Made by a program: the position numbers and the translations under genes
Origin: a virus
Taxonomy: Duplodnaviria; Caudoviricetes
Virus record (IMG/VR): IMGVR_UViG_3300043473_000123
Location: 1-45,228 of that record
Strand: one strand, 5' to 3'
Length of the DNA stretch: 45,228 nt
The notes under the pieces: model-generated
Told to the model about the DNA's origin: nothing
What the model saw: only the letters and a program-made list of their open reading frames with translations
Databases searched by the model: none
Shown here: piece after piece, positions 44,631 to 45,228 of the stretch
Layout of the letters: every line of letters begins with the position of its first letter
Position numbering within the stretch: the stretch's first letter is position 1

Positions 44631-45228
44631 GTGAGAACCAAGGTTCGGCACATAGACCTCCACCCGGATGAGTTCCTCGCCGCCGTGGCCGGCGAGATGT
44701 CGCCGGCCGAGCTTGGCGTCTATTGGATGGTCTGCCTGCTTTGCTATGCCCGCGGCGGAAACATCGCCGACGACGCGAATTGGATCAGAGCCAAATTCCG
44801 CCCAGGTAGAGGAAATCAGGTCGTCGGCGACATCCTGAAGGGGTTGATCGCCAGCGGCAGAGTGGTCCGAGATGGGGACGAGATAGGCGTCAGACGTGTG
44901 TCAGATGAGCTTGAGATAGCCCTGAGACGCATCCGAGATGCGCACGAGAACGGTGCCAGAGGGGGTCGCAAATCCAACAATACCAACGGCGTAGGAAAAC
45001 CCACCCCTTTTTCGAGCGAAAACCTACGCGCGCGTAACCACCAACCATCAGGTAAGGAAGAAAGATTTAGCCATAAAGAGCTAAATCTTTCTGTCCTTAC
45101 CCCGCGCGAGGCGACGCCGCCTCTGCCGTCGCAGGGCGACGGCGGCGCCGCCCCGCGCTCCCGAACCACCAAAGAACCGGAGGTCAATTCCGACGACCTC
45201 ATAACCCCGGAGCAGAAAGCGGCCGGCC
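44631..45228 (+). CDS. Replication initiator-like protein (DUF1376/YdaU-like N-terminus); spans the join, 44631-45101 + 1-210, about 226 aa
   Basis: Manual translation MRTKVRHIDLHPDEFLAAVAGEMSPAELGVYWMVCLLCY...ENGARGGRKS; frame stays open across the overlap to TGA at 208-210; absent from the ORF track. Confidence 0.7.
   Translation, partial: MRTKVRHIDLHPDEFLAAVAGEMSPAELGVYWMVCLLCYARGGNIADDANWIRAKFRPGRGNQVVGDILKGLIASGRVVRDGDEIGVRRVSDELEIALRRIRDAHENGARGGRKSNNTNGVGKPTPFSSENLRARNHQPSGKEERFSHKELNLSVLTPREATPPLPSQGDGGAAPRSRTTKEPEVNSDDLITPEQKAAG
45102..45228. repeat. Terminal direct repeat, copy 2
   Basis: Identical to 1-127; 127 nt equals a common assembler k-mer length. Confidence 0.95.

Noticed and set aside
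45102-45228. 127-bp terminal repeat as a biological DTR
   Set aside because: The length equals a common assembler k-mer and it falls mid-gene, so it is best read as a circular assembly overlap

Overview
This window is an apparently complete, circularly assembled phage genome of about 45.1 kb. Bases 1-127 are repeated at 45102-45228, and a replication gene reads in frame across the join. The gene set is lambdoid/P22-like podovirus: CI/Cro-like switch with GTAAG-N5-CTTAC operators, YqaJ exonuclease and annealase, RuvC-like resolvase, TerS/TerL, portal, scaffold, major capsid, adaptor, nozzle and ejection proteins, with no tape measure. A GcrA-like gene suggests an alphaproteobacterial host. Four things stand out. 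(1) The major capsid gene is split by three ORF-less group I introns of about 260 nt whose splice sites can be read from the sequence, and a free-standing HNH endonuclease lies directly downstream. (2) A 6.3 kb operon between terS and terL encodes seven spike/fibre/glycosidase-like, mostly Cys-containing proteins that all carry Sec- or Tat-like signal peptides. (3) A PEP-CTERM surface protein has its own sigma-54 promoter and enhancer-like site. (4) Two parallel, apparently autoregulated HTH mini-operons are present. No integrase, partition system or endolysin was recognised. All family calls are by eye, without database searches.
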